A DNA stretch of 64,000 nt from Patescibacteria group bacterium (GCA_041650715.1 JBAZKQ010000001.1:518945-582944); one strand, 5' to 3'. Positions 1-10,140 are shown, counted from the stretch's first letter. The notes: generated by a model from the letters alone, not told the origin. Made by a program: numbers and translations.

Positions 1-511
1 GGCCTTCCATGCGTGGGTCGATAATTTCCGTACCCTTCTCGGCTGTCGCCGCACTCTTCACTTTCGATTCTTTCTTCGCTTTAGTGACTTTGGCGGTTTG
101 AGCGCTGTCGGCGACTAATTTTTCGAGTTTGACCGGATCGGCCGTTTTCAAAACTTTCTTTTCTTTCTTGCCGCTTTCTTTAATTTCTGCGAGCACTAAA
201 GTTAGATGGCAGCCACGTTTACGGATAGAAGTCGCGCGGCCATGAGCCCGCGGCATCCAACGTTTTAACATCACGCCTTCATCGGAGCGGATTTCTTTAA
301 TATATAAATTGTCTGCTTCTAAACTATAAGTATTAACACCGTTAGCAATCGCAGAACGGATTAATGAGGCCACCGGATCAGTCGCTTTCTTGTTGATGAA
401 TTTAAGTTGATCCAAAGCCGTGGTTACCGGCATGGAGCGGACAACATCAATCACCAAACGCGCCTTGCGCGGAGACATTCTTAAATGTTTTAAACTGGCT
501 TTTACTTCCAT
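1..511 (-). CDS. rplV: 50S ribosomal protein L22; 3' end runs off the window
   Basis: Absent from the ORF track because there is no stop in the window. My translation from ATG 511..509 gives MEVKASLKHLRMSPRKARLVIDVVRSMPVTTALDQLKF...RWMPRAHGRATSIRKRGCHLTLVLAE, a typical L22 core. A K/A/E-rich tail follows and is still open at position 1. The gene follows rpsS as in S10 operons. Confidence 0.88.
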   Translation of the reverse strand, partial: MEVKASLKHLRMSPRKARLVIDVVRSMPVTTALDQLKFINKKATDPVASLIRSAIANGVNTYSLEADNLYIKEIRSDEGVMLKRWMPRAHGRATSIRKRGCHLTLVLAEIKESGKKEKKVLKTADPVKLEKLVADSAQTAKVTKAKKESKVKSAATAEKGTEIIDPRMEG

Positions 512-522
512 ATATATACAAA

Positions 523-810
523 TTATTTTTTATCAGCAGCTTGTGATTTGGCCATCTTACCGCCATGACCGACAAATTTACGGGTCTGCGAAAATTCGCC
601 CAAACGATGACCGACCATATTTTCGACGACGTAAACCGGGATATGAGTCTTGCCGTTATGGACACCCAAAGTAAAACCAACCATTTCCGGAGTAATAGTC
701 GCAGCTCGATCCCAAACTTTTAAGACGGTTTTATCGCCCGGTTTAAGATCCTTGATCTTATTGATCAAGCGGAGGTTTATGTATGGTCCCTTTTTTGAAC
801 TTCTGGACAT
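523..810 (-). CDS. rpsS: 30S ribosomal protein S19
   Basis: 95 aa with GPYINLRL...[24 protein letters not shown], typical of S19. Lies between rplB and rplV. Confidence 0.97.
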   Translation of the reverse strand: MSRSSKKGPYINLRLINKIKDLKPGDKTVLKVWDRAATITPEMVGFTLGVHNGKTHIPVYVVENMVGHRLGEFSQTRKFVGHGGKMAKSQAADKK

Positions 811-836
811 ATATCTTTATTATTACTAATTACAAA

Positions 837-1673
837 TTATTTTCTCTTTGCGCGGCGCTTCATAATTAAGCGATCGCTCGAATGCTTACGTCTGGTCTTA
901 ACGCCCAAGGCTGGCTTGCCCCATGGCGTCTTCGGATGTTTCAAACCGATAGACTGCTTACCTTCACCACCACCATGTGGATGATCAACCGGATTCATAG
1001 CAGTACCGCGGACAGTCGGACGAATACCGAGGTGACGGCTACGACCCGCCTTACCCAAGGAAATGTGACGTTTATCAGGATTACTCGCCTGGCCAATCGT
1101 ACACAGACATTCTTTTTTGATCTTTCTGATTTCGCCTGAGGGCATTTTTAACTGAGCATATTTACCTTCGACACCCATGACATAAACGACGTTACCGGCA
1201 CCACGCGCGATTTTTGCGCCTTGACCCGGTTCGAGTTCAACGGCGGAAACAGGCATACCGGCCGGAATAAACTGAACGCTAACGGCATTTCCGGTTTTAA
1301 GTTCAATCAGTTCGCGTGAACTCATGATCTTATCGCCAACCTTTAAATCAACCGGGGCGATAATATATCTCTTTTCACCATCAGCATAATTTAGGAGCGC
1401 TAAACGAGCGCCGCGATTCGGATCGTATTCAATTGACGCTACGGTCGCCGGAACATTATATTTGTCACGTTTAAAATCAACTAAACGGATAAAACGTTTT
1501 GCACCGCCGCCACGATGACGGACAGTAATTTTACCTTGGGAATTACGACCACCCATTCTTTTGCGGATAACAACCAATCTCTTTTCGGGAGTTGATTTGG
1601 TTAAATCCTTGAAATCGTCAAAAGTCGCTTCACGTCTTCCCGGTGTATTTGCTTTTACTTTTTTAATACCCAT
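837..1673 (-). CDS. rplB: 50S ribosomal protein L2
   Basis: 278 aa with GRNSQGKITVRHRGGG and NPVDHPHGGGEG motifs; S10-operon position. Confidence 0.98.
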   Translation of the reverse strand: MGIKKVKANTPGRREATFDDFKDLTKSTPEKRLVVIRKRMGGRNSQGKITVRHRGGGAKRFIRLVDFKRDKYNVPATVASIEYDPNRGARLALLNYADGEKRYIIAPVDLKVGDKIMSSRELIELKTGNAVSVQFIPAGMPVSAVELEPGQGAKIARGAGNVVYVMGVEGKYAQLKMPSGEIRKIKKECLCTIGQASNPDKRHISLGKAGRSRHLGIRPTVRGTAMNPVDHPHGGGEGKQSIGLKHPKTPWGKPALGVKTRRKHSSDRLIMKRRAKRK

Positions 1674-1699
1674 ATTAATTCAAATAAATGTGATCAAAA

Positions 1700-2176
1700 T
1701 TAAACGCCTTCGTAAATTTTAATAGTTTGGCCAGCCGGCAAAGTAACTACCGCTTTGCGCCAATCGCTGCGTACGCCGCGGATTTTTCCGCGAGCCACTT
1801 TCTTGCCGCTGACGTTAGAAATATTTACCTTGACTGGTTTAACGCCGTAAAGAGCTTCAATCGCCTTGGCCACTTGGATTTTATTCGCTTTGAGCGCAAC
1901 TACAAACACGTATTTGTTGTGCTCACCCAAGTTTGTTGCCTTTTCGGTAACCAGCGGTTTTACTAAAATGCGATAAGCATCACTCACTACAGCGACCTTA
2001 ACAGTTTTCGCACCGCTTTTAACAGTTTTAACAGCGCTTTCATTATATAAATCCTGCATGCTGGTCGCAGCCGGAGTAGCGGATGTTGTTTTTTCTTTCT
2101 TCGGGGCGGACTTTGTCTCTTTTATTTCCTTTGCCTCGGTTTTTTTATTGCCAAACATTGCCATATTTTTCTGCAT
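1700..2176 (-). CDS. rplW: 50S ribosomal protein L23 with a ~65-aa N-terminal extension
   Basis: The core YRILVKPLVTEKAT...KAIEALYGVKPVKVN starts near aa 68. Lies between rplD and rplB. Confidence 0.9.
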   Translation of the reverse strand: MQKNMAMFGNKKTEAKEIKETKSAPKKEKTTSATPAATSMQDLYNESAVKTVKSGAKTVKVAVVSDAYRILVKPLVTEKATNLGEHNKYVFVVALKANKIQVAKAIEALYGVKPVKVNISNVSGKKVARGKIRGVRSDWRKAVVTLPAGQTIKIYEGV

Positions 2177-2179
2177 TAA

Positions 2180-2830
2180 TTATTTATTATAACGTTCGGT
2201 CAGAACTTTAACGACATTTTCCGTTAATAATAAATTCTTATAATTCAATAAATCAACTAAGTTGATATTTTCTAAATTAATAATTCTGACGCCGGTTAGA
2301 TTGCGGCCGGAATATTTGGCTTTTTCTTCGGTCGCTTCGTTAATTACTAAAATATTGCGTCTTTCGTTATTTAAAACTGTTTTTTCGACGGTAGTTAACA
2401 GGGTATTAAATTTCTTGGTTTTGAATTCAGGAAATTCTAAATTATCAATAATTACTAAAGAGTTGGTTGAGAATTTATCGGATAAAGCCATGAACAAAGC
2501 TTTCTGCTTCATTTTTTGGTTAATCTTTTTCTTAAAATTGCGATCTTTGGTCGGACCAAAAGTGACACCGCCGCCAATCCAAATCGGAGAACGGCTGGAA
2601 CCGGCACGAGCGCGTCCTGTTCCCTTTTGTTTCCAAGGTTTTTTACCGCCGCCGGAAACTTCACTGCGATCTTTGGTATTAGCTAAAACCTGACGGGCAT
2701 TAGCCATCTGCGCGATAACCGCCTGATGCAATAATTCATTATTGGCTTTAACCCCGAAAATCTTATCCGCTAACTCTAAATCCTTAACGGCTTCGACTGA
2801 CTGGTTATAAACTTTTATCTTTAATGACAT
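2180..2830 (-). CDS. rplD: 50S ribosomal protein L4
   Basis: 216 aa with SGGGKKPWKQKGTGRARAGS motif; operon position. Confidence 0.95.
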   Translation of the reverse strand: MSLKIKVYNQSVEAVKDLELADKIFGVKANNELLHQAVIAQMANARQVLANTKDRSEVSGGGKKPWKQKGTGRARAGSSRSPIWIGGGVTFGPTKDRNFKKKINQKMKQKALFMALSDKFSTNSLVIIDNLEFPEFKTKKFNTLLTTVEKTVLNNERRNILVINEATEEKAKYSGRNLTGVRIINLENINLVDLLNYKNLLLTENVVKVLTERYNK

Positions 2831-2855
2831 ATGATAATCAATTACTTATTACTTT

Positions 2856-3662
2856 TTACGCTTTTGGCTCTTCAGCCTTAACTTCTTCAACCTTAACTTC
2901 TTCAACCTTAACTTCTTCAGTTTTAACTTCTTCTGCTGGAGTTTCGATAGAAGCTGGAGCTTCAACAACCGGAGTTTCTTCAGCCGGAGTTTCAACTACT
3001 TCCGCTTCTACTTCTGGAGTTTTTTCAATTTTTAAATTTAATTGGATATCGCCGCGGCCAGAAATCATGACTAAACCATTAAGCGCACCTGGAACGGCAC
3101 CTTTTACAAAAATTGTATTAGTATCAGCATCGACAGAAATAACTTCCAAATTAGTAGTGGTTACTCTTTCGCCACCCATGCGACCCGCCATTCTCATTCC
3201 TTTGAAAACGTGAGCCGGACCTTTCGGACCGATTGAACCAGGCATTCTTTCCTGATCCTTATTACCATGAGTTTTTCTGAAACCATGGAAGTGGTGGCGT
3301 TTTACGACGCCGGCAAAACCTTTACCCTTAGAAGTACCAGTCACATTAATGACATCACCGACCGCAAAAGTACCCGCGCTAATAACATCGCCCGCTTTAA
3401 AAGCGCTTGAATCGTCGACGCGGAATTCACGTAAGTGAGCCGGTTTGATGCCTAATTTTTTGACATGACCTAATTGGGGTTTATTAATATTCTTGGCCTT
3501 GCGGTCACCAAAAGCGACTTGAACCGCTTGATAGCCATCCTTATCCTTAGTTTTAACTTGAGCGATTACGCAAGGGCCGGCCATAACCGGGGTAACGGCG
3601 ATAACCTTATCGTCCTGCCAAACTTGAGTCATGCTCATCTTTTTTCCTAAAATGAATTTCAT
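2856..3662 (-). CDS. rplC: 50S ribosomal protein L3 with a ~58-aa acidic repeat tail
   Basis: GKKMSMTQVW...FKAGD...GTSKGKGFAGVVKRHHF is an L3 core. The C-terminus is ...EEVKTEEVKVEEVKVEEVKAEEPKA. Confidence 0.95.
   Translation of the reverse strand: MKFILGKKMSMTQVWQDDKVIAVTPVMAGPCVIAQVKTKDKDGYQAVQVAFGDRKAKNINKPQLGHVKKLGIKPAHLREFRVDDSSAFKAGDVISAGTFAVGDVINVTGTSKGKGFAGVVKRHHFHGFRKTHGNKDQERMPGSIGPKGPAHVFKGMRMAGRMGGERVTTTNLEVISVDADTNTIFVKGAVPGALNGLVMISGRGDIQLNLKIEKTPEVEAEVVETPAEETPVVEAPASIETPAEEVKTEEVKVEEVKVEEVKAEEPKA
2876..2935. repeat. 15-bp tandem repeat (about 4 copies) inside the rplC 3' end
   Basis: ccttaacttcttcaa occurs twice exactly, then ccttaacttcttcag and ttttaacttcttctg. On the minus strand it encodes the (EEVKV)n tail of L3. 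Confidence 0.9.
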
Positions 3663-3868
3663 ATTGGTCTACATTTTTTAAACAAAAAACTGGCTTAAAA
3701 CCAGCTTCAAAAAAAACTACAAAAATAACCCTACTCGTTATTTATTTGATTTATTTTTTGTGCGCTGATTTACCTCCTAGTTTTGGCTAACTTTCGCTTA
3801 AACACTTTCTTTATAAACAGAGTTATTTATTCGATTATTAGCCAACAATATATTACTTTGTAATACTA
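3663..3868 (-). promoter_or_regulatory. 206-nt non-coding spacer between rpsJ and rplC; candidate structured leader
   Basis: No ORF on either strand. Minus-strand elements: an inverted repeat TTGGCTAA...TTAGCCAA, an orphan CTAGGAGGT with no start codon after it, and a short hairpin GCTGG-ttttaag-CCAGT followed by TTTTT about 20 nt before the rplC ATG. Confidence 0.3.
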
Positions 3869-4204
3869 CTACATTTTAATTTCCACGTCAACCCCAGCCG
3901 GTAGGTTCAGATTAGTCAAATCCTCGATCGTTTTTGCGGTCGGGTCAATGATATCAATCATGCGCTTATGGATACGCATTTCATATTGGTCACGAGCATC
4001 TTTATGGACAAAAGTTGAACGATTAACCGTATATTTACGAATTTCTGTCGGCAGTGGAATCGGGCCAAAGAATTGGGCATCACTCCGTTCAATCGTTTCC
4101 ACGATAGTCTTGGTTGATTGATCAATTATTTTATGATCAAAAGCCTTGATCTTAATTCTGATCCTTTGCTTGAATTCGTTCGCTTCTTTTTTGTTTTCGG
4201 GCAT
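3869..4204 (-). CDS. rpsJ: 30S ribosomal protein S10
   Basis: 111 aa with [18 protein letters not shown]...[20 protein letters not shown], typical of S10. Confidence 0.97.
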   Translation of the reverse strand: MPENKKEANEFKQRIRIKIKAFDHKIIDQSTKTIVETIERSDAQFFGPIPLPTEIRKYTVNRSTFVHKDARDQYEMRIHKRMIDIIDPTAKTIEDLTNLNLPAGVDVEIKM

Positions 4205-4230
4205 AATTAAATTCTTAAATTAACACTACA

Positions 4231-4263
4231 GCCCCGTCCTTTTTAATTCGGAAAGAACGGGGC
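4231..4263 (-). promoter_or_regulatory. Stable stem-loop between tuf and rpsJ, with no U-tract
   Basis: GCCCCGT (4231..4237) pairs perfectly with ACGGGGC (4257..4263), plus 4 inner base pairs. No T-run on either side, so it is not a canonical terminator. Confidence 0.4.
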
Positions 4264-4274
4264 AAAGTATGAAC

Positions 4275-5465
4275 TTATTTCAAAATCTTAGTTACAACGC
4301 CGGCACCAACAGTGCGGCCGCCTTCACGGATTGTGAATTTTTGTTTATCTTCCAAAGCGATCGGAGCAATTAATTTAATGTTTAAATTAATTGTGTCGCC
4401 TGGCATAACCATTTCAGTTCCGGCTGGTAATGTAATATCGCCGGTAACATCAGTGGTTTTAAAGTAGAATTGTGGTTTATAGCCGTTGAAAAACGGTTTA
4501 TGACGACCACCTTCTTCTTTAGATAAGATATAAACTTCACCGCTGAATTCAGTGTGCGGAGTGATTGAACCCGGTTTGCATAAAACCTGGCCGCGTTCAA
4601 CTTCAGTTTTTTTAGTACCGCGGAGTAAGATACCCGCGTTATCGCCAGCCATACCTGAATCTAATTGTTTATTAAACATTTCGATACCGGTAACGGTGGT
4701 TTTCTTGGTGTCCATTAAACCGACGATTTCAACTTCATCGCCAATCTTAACGGAACCTCTTTCAATACGACCAGTAACAACAGTACCACGACCTTCAATT
4801 GAGAAGATATCTTCAATCGGCATTAAGTAAGGTTTATCAACATCGCGATTAGGTTCCGGGATGTAGTTGTCTAAAGCTTCCATTAATTTCATTAACGGTT
4901 CAGCGTCAGGACCAGTCGGGTTCTCTAAAGCCTTAAGGGCAGAACCACGAATAATCGGGGTAGTATCACCTGGGAATTCATATTTCTTTAATAAGTCGCG
5001 GATTTCTTCTTCGACGAGGTCGATTAATTCCTTATCTTCGACCATATCGCATTTGTTTAAGAAAACAACGATATACGGTACGCCTACCTGACGAGCCAAT
5101 AAGATGTGTTCTCTGGTCTGCGGCATAGGGCCATCAGTGGCAGCTACCACCAAGATAGCACCGTCCATTTGCGCGGCACCAGTGATCATGTTCTTAACAT
5201 AATCGGCATGGCCTGGGCAATCAACGTGCGCATAGTGGCGCTTGTCTGACTCATATTCAACGTGAGCAGTGGCAATAGTAATACCACGAGCTTTTTCTTC
5301 CGGAGCGGAGTCAATTTCGTTAACGCTCTTGTGGGATGCTTTCATGCCCTTAGCGGCAAAAACAGCCAACATCGCGGCGGTTAAAGTGGTTTTCCCGTGG
5401 TCAACGTGGCCAATAGTACCGACGTTAACATGGGGCTTAGTTCTTTCAAATTTTTCTACAGCCAT
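4275..5465 (-). CDS. tuf: Elongation factor Tu
   Basis: 396 aa with [18 protein letters not shown] and NKCD G-motifs; full-length EF-Tu. Confidence 0.99.
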   Translation of the reverse strand: MAVEKFERTKPHVNVGTIGHVDHGKTTLTAAMLAVFAAKGMKASHKSVNEIDSAPEEKARGITIATAHVEYESDKRHYAHVDCPGHADYVKNMITGAAQMDGAILVVAATDGPMPQTREHILLARQVGVPYIVVFLNKCDMVEDKELIDLVEEEIRDLLKKYEFPGDTTPIIRGSALKALENPTGPDAEPLMKLMEALDNYIPEPNRDVDKPYLMPIEDIFSIEGRGTVVTGRIERGSVKIGDEVEIVGLMDTKKTTVTGIEMFNKQLDSGMAGDNAGILLRGTKKTEVERGQVLCKPGSITPHTEFSGEVYILSKEEGGRHKPFFNGYKPQFYFKTTDVTGDITLPAGTEMVMPGDTINLNIKLIAPIALEDKQKFTIREGGRTVGAGVVTKILK

Positions 5466-5565
5466 GTTTTTGTTGTTAGGCCCCCGTTTTTCACAGGGTT
5501 TCTTTCCTATAAGGAAACCAGCCGAACTAAATTAATTATTTTTTATTATTAAAATTTCACTTACA

Positions 5566-5964
5566 TTACTCAATTTCCTGCGCCTTATCCTTGACCTGGG
5601 TAGGGATAGTCCAAGCCTTTTTCGGCTTGTCTTCCTCGGCCGGATAGGGGGAATTATCTCGATTTTTCCACAATGAGATTTCGCGATTTATTTTATCAGT
5701 TAAATCTTCTTCTGTCAAATTTTCCTTTTCTGGTGCTAAATCCAAATTTTCGGCTTTTATTTCAGTTTTTTCGGTCTCGCTGGGCTTTGCTTCCGGAGCT
5801 GTTTCTGGCACGGCTACCGCTCCTCCCTCCCCACTAAGCATTCCTTCATAACGGGCAAAATCCATGATCACATATGATTCGTTCGCTTGGGCATCAAAAA
5901 CGACTACCCGGTCGCCGGTTTTCTTGATCAAATTAAGGATTTTTTTTAATTGTTCAGGAAACAT
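5566..5964 (-). CDS. Hypothetical acidic protein inserted between fusA and tuf
   Basis: 132 aa. The ~45-aa N-terminal segment (LKKILNLIKKTGDRVVVFDAQANESYVIMDFARYEGM) is followed by a P/E/K-rich tail. I recognise no family. Confidence 0.55.
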   Translation of the reverse strand: MFPEQLKKILNLIKKTGDRVVVFDAQANESYVIMDFARYEGMLSGEGGAVAVPETAPEAKPSETEKTEIKAENLDLAPEKENLTEEDLTDKINREISLWKNRDNSPYPAEEDKPKKAWTIPTQVKDKAQEIE

Positions 5965-5982
5965 ATTTTTATTTAGCTTTTT

Positions 5983-8061
5983 TTATTTACCCTGCTTTTC
6001 TTTAATCGCTTCTAAAATATTTTTCGGTACTTCGGAATAATGAGAAAATTCCATAACATAATTGGCGCGACCCTGAGACATAGAACGTAAGGAAGTCGAG
6101 TAGCCGAACATTTCGGCGAGCGGGACTTTGGCTTTAACAACTTTTAGGTTAGCCCGGTCGGACATTTCTTCAATTTGACCGCGCTTGGAACTTAAGTCGC
6201 CAATAATGTTGCCCATATATTCTTCCGGAGTAGTCACTTCAACTTTCATAATCGGTTCAAGTAAAATCGCCCCGGCTTTTTGACAAGCATCTCTAAACGC
6301 GTGAATAGCCGCGAGTTTAAAGGCGATTTCCGAAGAGTCGACTTCATGATAGGAACCGTAGAATACGGCTGCTTTTACATCAACCATCGGGTAACCGGCC
6401 ACAGTACCACTGAGCACCGCTTCTTTGAAACCTTTTTCAATCGCCGGAATATATTCTTTCGGAATAACACCACCCTTAACTTCATCGGCAAATTCAATTC
6501 CCTTGCCCGATTCGAGCGGTTCAACCCGTAAGGAACAATGACCATATTGGCCGCGTCCGCCGGATTGCTTCGCATACTTATATTCCGCTTCAGCAATTTT
6601 AGTAATAGTTTCGCGATAGGATACCTGAGGATTACCGACGTTAGCTTCCACACCGAATTCACGGCGCATACGATCAACGATAATTTCCAAATGAAGCTCG
6701 CCCATACCGGAGATTAAAACTTGATTGGTTTCCGCATCAGTTTCTACGCGGAAGGTCGGATCTTCTTCGGCCAAACGCTGCAAGGCGACACCCATCTTTT
6801 CTTGGTCGGCCTTAGTCTTCGGTTCAACGGCAATCTTAATAACCGGTTCCGGGAAAGTAATAGATTCGAGTAATACTTCGTTATTTTCATCACAGAGCGT
6901 ATTGCCGGTGGTCGTATTCTTTAAACCGATAACGGCCGCAATATCACCTGCGTAAATTTCTTTAATTTCTTCACGGTGATTAGCATGCATACGCACTAAA
7001 CGACCGACTCTTTCCTTAGTTCCTTTAGAAGAATTAACGATATATGAGCCAGCGGTTAAAACGCCTTGATATACACGGACGAAACAAAGTTTACCGACAA
7101 AAGGATCAGTCGCAATTTTGAAAGCTAAGCCGACAAAAGGTTTCGAGTCGTCAGCGCGCAGCGGATATTTCTTCTCGCTATCGCGAACATCAGTCGAATC
7201 AATTTCCGGTACGTCTAAAGGAGACGGTAAATAATCATTAACCGCGTCGAGTACTAATTGCACGCCGATATTCTGAAGAGCAGTACCGCATAAAACCGGG
7301 TAAAGCGCATTGGCGATAACCCCTTTTCTGATAGCCGCTTTCAATTCTTCCAAACTGATTTCTTGACCGCTTAAATATTTTTCCATGGTCTGTTCATCAC
7401 ATTCCACGGCCTTTTCCACTAATTCATTATGATATTCTTCAACCTTCGCTTTCATGTCTTCCGGAATTTCGATTTCTTTGACATCGACGCCGTTAAACCC
7501 GGAGAAAGTAAAGGCTTTCTTTTCTAGAACATCAATCACGCCGGATAAATTACTTTCTGCGCCAATCGGGAGTTGCAGGGCAACCGCCTTCTGGTTTAAA
7601 CGCGTGCGGATAGAGTTTAAACTCATATAAAAATCCGCTCCCATTTTATCCATTTTATTTACAAAACAAAGGCGCGGTACTTGGTATTTATCGGCTTGGC
7701 GCCAAACTGTCTCAGATTGCGGCTCAACGCCCGCCTGACCGTCAAAAACAGCCACCGCACCGTCAAGAACACGCAAAGAGCGTTCTACCTCAACCGTAAA
7801 GTCAACGTGGCCTGGAGTATCGATAATATTGATTTTATTGTGTTTCCAAAAACAAGTCGTGGCAGCAGAAGTAATCGTAATCCCTCTTTCCTTCTCTTGT
7901 TCCATCCAATCCATTTCCGCAGCCCCTTCATGAACTTCGCCAATCTTGTGTTTTTTACCGGTATAAAACAAAACGCGCTCGGTAAAAGTAGTTTTGCCGG
8001 CGTCAATATGAGCCATGATTCCGATATTTCTGGTATTTTCTAGTGTATAGTCACGAGACAT
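5983..8061 (-). CDS. fusA: Elongation factor G
   Basis: 692 aa with [17 protein letters not shown] and NKMD motifs; str-operon position. Confidence 0.99.
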   Translation of the reverse strand: MSRDYTLENTRNIGIMAHIDAGKTTFTERVLFYTGKKHKIGEVHEGAAEMDWMEQEKERGITITSAATTCFWKHNKINIIDTPGHVDFTVEVERSLRVLDGAVAVFDGQAGVEPQSETVWRQADKYQVPRLCFVNKMDKMGADFYMSLNSIRTRLNQKAVALQLPIGAESNLSGVIDVLEKKAFTFSGFNGVDVKEIEIPEDMKAKVEEYHNELVEKAVECDEQTMEKYLSGQEISLEELKAAIRKGVIANALYPVLCGTALQNIGVQLVLDAVNDYLPSPLDVPEIDSTDVRDSEKKYPLRADDSKPFVGLAFKIATDPFVGKLCFVRVYQGVLTAGSYIVNSSKGTKERVGRLVRMHANHREEIKEIYAGDIAAVIGLKNTTTGNTLCDENNEVLLESITFPEPVIKIAVEPKTKADQEKMGVALQRLAEEDPTFRVETDAETNQVLISGMGELHLEIIVDRMRREFGVEANVGNPQVSYRETITKIAEAEYKYAKQSGGRGQYGHCSLRVEPLESGKGIEFADEVKGGVIPKEYIPAIEKGFKEAVLSGTVAGYPMVDVKAAVFYGSYHEVDSSEIAFKLAAIHAFRDACQKAGAILLEPIMKVEVTTPEEYMGNIIGDLSSKRGQIEEMSDRANLKVVKAKVPLAEMFGYSTSLRSMSQGRANYVMEFSHYSEVPKNILEAIKEKQGK

Positions 8062-8105
8062 AAAATATATATAACCCTCGATTTGAGGTTGTTAAATTAT
8101 AAAAA

Positions 8106-8582
8106 TTAATTTCTTGATCTGGAGAAATGAGCGAAAGCTTTATTGGCTTCAGCCATCTTGTGAACCGCTTCTCTTTTCTTAACGGCTGTACCTTCGCCAT
8201 TAGAAGCATCTAAAATCTCAGTTGCTAATTTTTCGGCAGTCGAACGACCCTTACGGTCATTAGCGGCCCCGATAATCCAATTGCAACCCAAGAAATAGCG
8301 TCTTTCTCCACGCACCTGGAAAGGAACCTGATAGTTCGCACCACCGACGCGCTTACCGCGGACTTCAACGAGCGGAGAAACTTTCTTGATCGCTTTATTG
8401 AAAATATGTCTCGGGTCCTGCTTCGTCTTTTCTTTCAAGATCTCAAAAGATCCATAGACGATTTTCTCGGCTGCGGACTTTTTACCTCTTTCCATGACGT
8501 AATTAATAAATTTAGCGATATTCTTATCGTTGTATTTAGAATCGCCTTCGATTGTTCTTTTAGGAGCTGGTTTACCTCTCAT
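8106..8582 (-). CDS. rpsG: 30S ribosomal protein S7
   Basis: 158 aa with VEVRGKRVGGANYQVP motif; lies between rpsL and fusA. Confidence 0.97.
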   Translation of the reverse strand: MRGKPAPKRTIEGDSKYNDKNIAKFINYVMERGKKSAAEKIVYGSFEILKEKTKQDPRHIFNKAIKKVSPLVEVRGKRVGGANYQVPFQVRGERRYFLGCNWIIGAANDRKGRSTAEKLATEILDASNGEGTAVKKREAVHKMAEANKAFAHFSRSRN

Positions 8583-8595
8583 ATATATTTTTTAA

Positions 8596-9015
8596 TTATT
8601 TTTTCGGTTTTTTAGCGCCGTAGCAACTACGACCCTGACGTCTGGCTTCAACACCCGAAGCGTCGAATACGCCGCGGACAACTTTATAACGGACACCAGG
8701 CAAATCCTTGGTTTTTCCGCCTTTGACCAGAACGATTGAATGTTCTTGTAAATTATGGCCCATGCCCGGAATATAGGCAGTTACTTCCATACCGTTCGAA
8801 AGACGGACACGCGCAATTTTACGTAAAGCGGAGTTTGGCTTTTTCGGAGTGGTCGTCGTTACCTTTAAACAAACACCTTGTTTAAAAGGCGCACCTTTAA
8901 CCGTATCCTTTTTCTTGCGATGCAAAGAATCAAGGCTGGTATGAAGAGCAAGGGCGTTTCGTCTTTTTGGGATCTTGGTACGACCCTGGCGAACTAATTG
9001 ATTAATCGTTGGCAT
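8596..9015 (-). CDS. rpsL: 30S ribosomal protein S12
   Basis: [12 protein letters not shown]...[10 protein letters not shown]...VRGV, typical of S12. Confidence 0.98.
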   Translation of the reverse strand: MPTINQLVRQGRTKIPKRRNALALHTSLDSLHRKKKDTVKGAPFKQGVCLKVTTTTPKKPNSALRKIARVRLSNGMEVTAYIPGMGHNLQEHSIVLVKGGKTKDLPGVRYKVVRGVFDASGVEARRQGRSCYGAKKPKK

Positions 9016-9088
9016 AATTATTGTTGATATATTAAAAATAATCCTGAGCTTTCAGGATGGGTTTTATACTAATTTTTATGACTCATTT

Positions 9089-9117
9089 AATTTAACAAAA
9101 TATAAAACATAAGTCAA
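9089..9117 (-). promoter_or_regulatory. Candidate sigma70-type promoter of the str operon
   Basis: Minus strand reads TTGACT (9117..9112), 17 nt, TAAATT (9094..9089). The leader then carries a 7-bp hairpin ATCCTGA/TCAGGAT at 9058..9041. Confidence 0.45.
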
Positions 9118-9152
9118 GGTCGGCCGTTCCAGTATTTTTCGGTAAATCTCGC

Positions 9153-9752
9153 TTAGGCGCCCGTGATAATTCGGTAAAGCCATTCAACGATTGGAATGAT
9201 GATTTGGCCAGCCAACATCACGAATAAAATCACCAAGATAAAACCATAGCGCTCGGAGTTCAAATATTTGATTTTAATGCGCTCCGGCAAGAAGGCGGCG
9301 AGTACTTTTGAACCGTCCAGTGGCGGGATCGGGACCAGATTAAAGACCATGAGAACTAAATTGATATAGACAATCATGCTTACTAAAGCGACAAAGGTTA
9401 GATTGGAAACATGAAAAAATCTGAGAAATAAACCAAAAAATACCGCGATAATCAGGTTACCGAGCGGGCCGGCCAAGGCAACTTTCGCGTCGCCATATTT
9501 CCTATCCCTTAAATTATAGGGGTTATAAGGGACCGGTTTCGCCCAGCCAAAGACAAAAGGCATATTGGTTAATACCATGACTAAGGGCAAGAAAAAGGAA
9601 CCGAACCACTCTAAGTGAGCCAGGGGGTTAAAAGTCAGGCGTCCGGCGTCTTTAGCCGTCGCGTCTCCTAAACGCAGAGCCATCCAACCGTGCATGTATT
9701 CATGAATAATCGCCGAAAAAATCAGGACTATTATCTCAAAAACGTATATCAT
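9153..9752 (-). CDS. Site-2 protease family (peptidase M50) membrane metalloprotease
   Basis: 199 aa, polytopic, with HEYMH (HExxH) in the first TM region and LVPIPPLDG in a later one. Confidence 0.8.
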   Translation of the reverse strand: MIYVFEIIVLIFSAIIHEYMHGWMALRLGDATAKDAGRLTFNPLAHLEWFGSFFLPLVMVLTNMPFVFGWAKPVPYNPYNLRDRKYGDAKVALAGPLGNLIIAVFFGLFLRFFHVSNLTFVALVSMIVYINLVLMVFNLVPIPPLDGSKVLAAFLPERIKIKYLNSERYGFILVILFVMLAGQIIIPIVEWLYRIITGA

Positions 9753-9773
9753 ATGTAATTATATTAGCACAAC

Positions 9774-9802
9774 TTGATTAATTTTAAAAATGCTGTTAGA
9801 AT
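9774..9802 (+). promoter_or_regulatory. Candidate extended -10 promoter for rpmB
   Basis: TTGATT (9774..9779), 17 nt, TAGAAT (9797..9802), preceded by TGt. Confidence 0.45.
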
Positions 9803-9840
9803 AATTCCATTATCAAGATAAAAATAAGCAAAGAATTACT

Positions 9841-10125
9841 ATGGCTAAAAAATGCGATCTCTGTGGCCGCAGCGCAACTAAAGGCGCTTCCCGCTCCCAT
9901 TCAAAGATCAAGACTCTAAAAAGACAAAATATCAATCTGCAAAGCAAGACGATTGAGGGTTTTAAAGTTAAGCTCTGCACTTCCTGCTTACGCACGATAG
10001 ACAAGCCGAAAAGAATCAAGGCCAAAAGAAAGCCGGCTTTAAAGGCGGGCGAAACCAAGGCTTTAAAAGTAAAGAAGGCCGGTACCAAGCGCGCTCCGAA
10101 AAAAGTGGTTGCGAAAAAGAAATAA
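9841..10125 (+). CDS. rpmB: 50S ribosomal protein L28 with a lysine-rich C-terminal tail
   Basis: MAKKCDLCGRSATKGASRSHSKIKTLKRQNINLQ matches the L28 N-terminal pattern. The last ~35 aa are K/A-rich. Confidence 0.85.
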   Translation: MAKKCDLCGRSATKGASRSHSKIKTLKRQNINLQSKTIEGFKVKLCTSCLRTIDKPKRIKAKRKPALKAGETKALKVKKAGTKRAPKKVVAKKK

Positions 10126-10140
10126 ATTTTTCCAAATTAT

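Noticed and set aside
2824-3213. A 129-aa plus-strand ORF with TSSTLTSS repeats.
   Set aside because: It is the antisense reading of the rplC repeat tail and 3' region. The repeats simply mirror the (EEVKV)n DNA repeat.
9813-10088. A 91-aa minus-strand ORF overlapping rpmB.
   Set aside because: It lies antisense to a clearly recognisable L28 gene, and nothing supports it as an independent gene.
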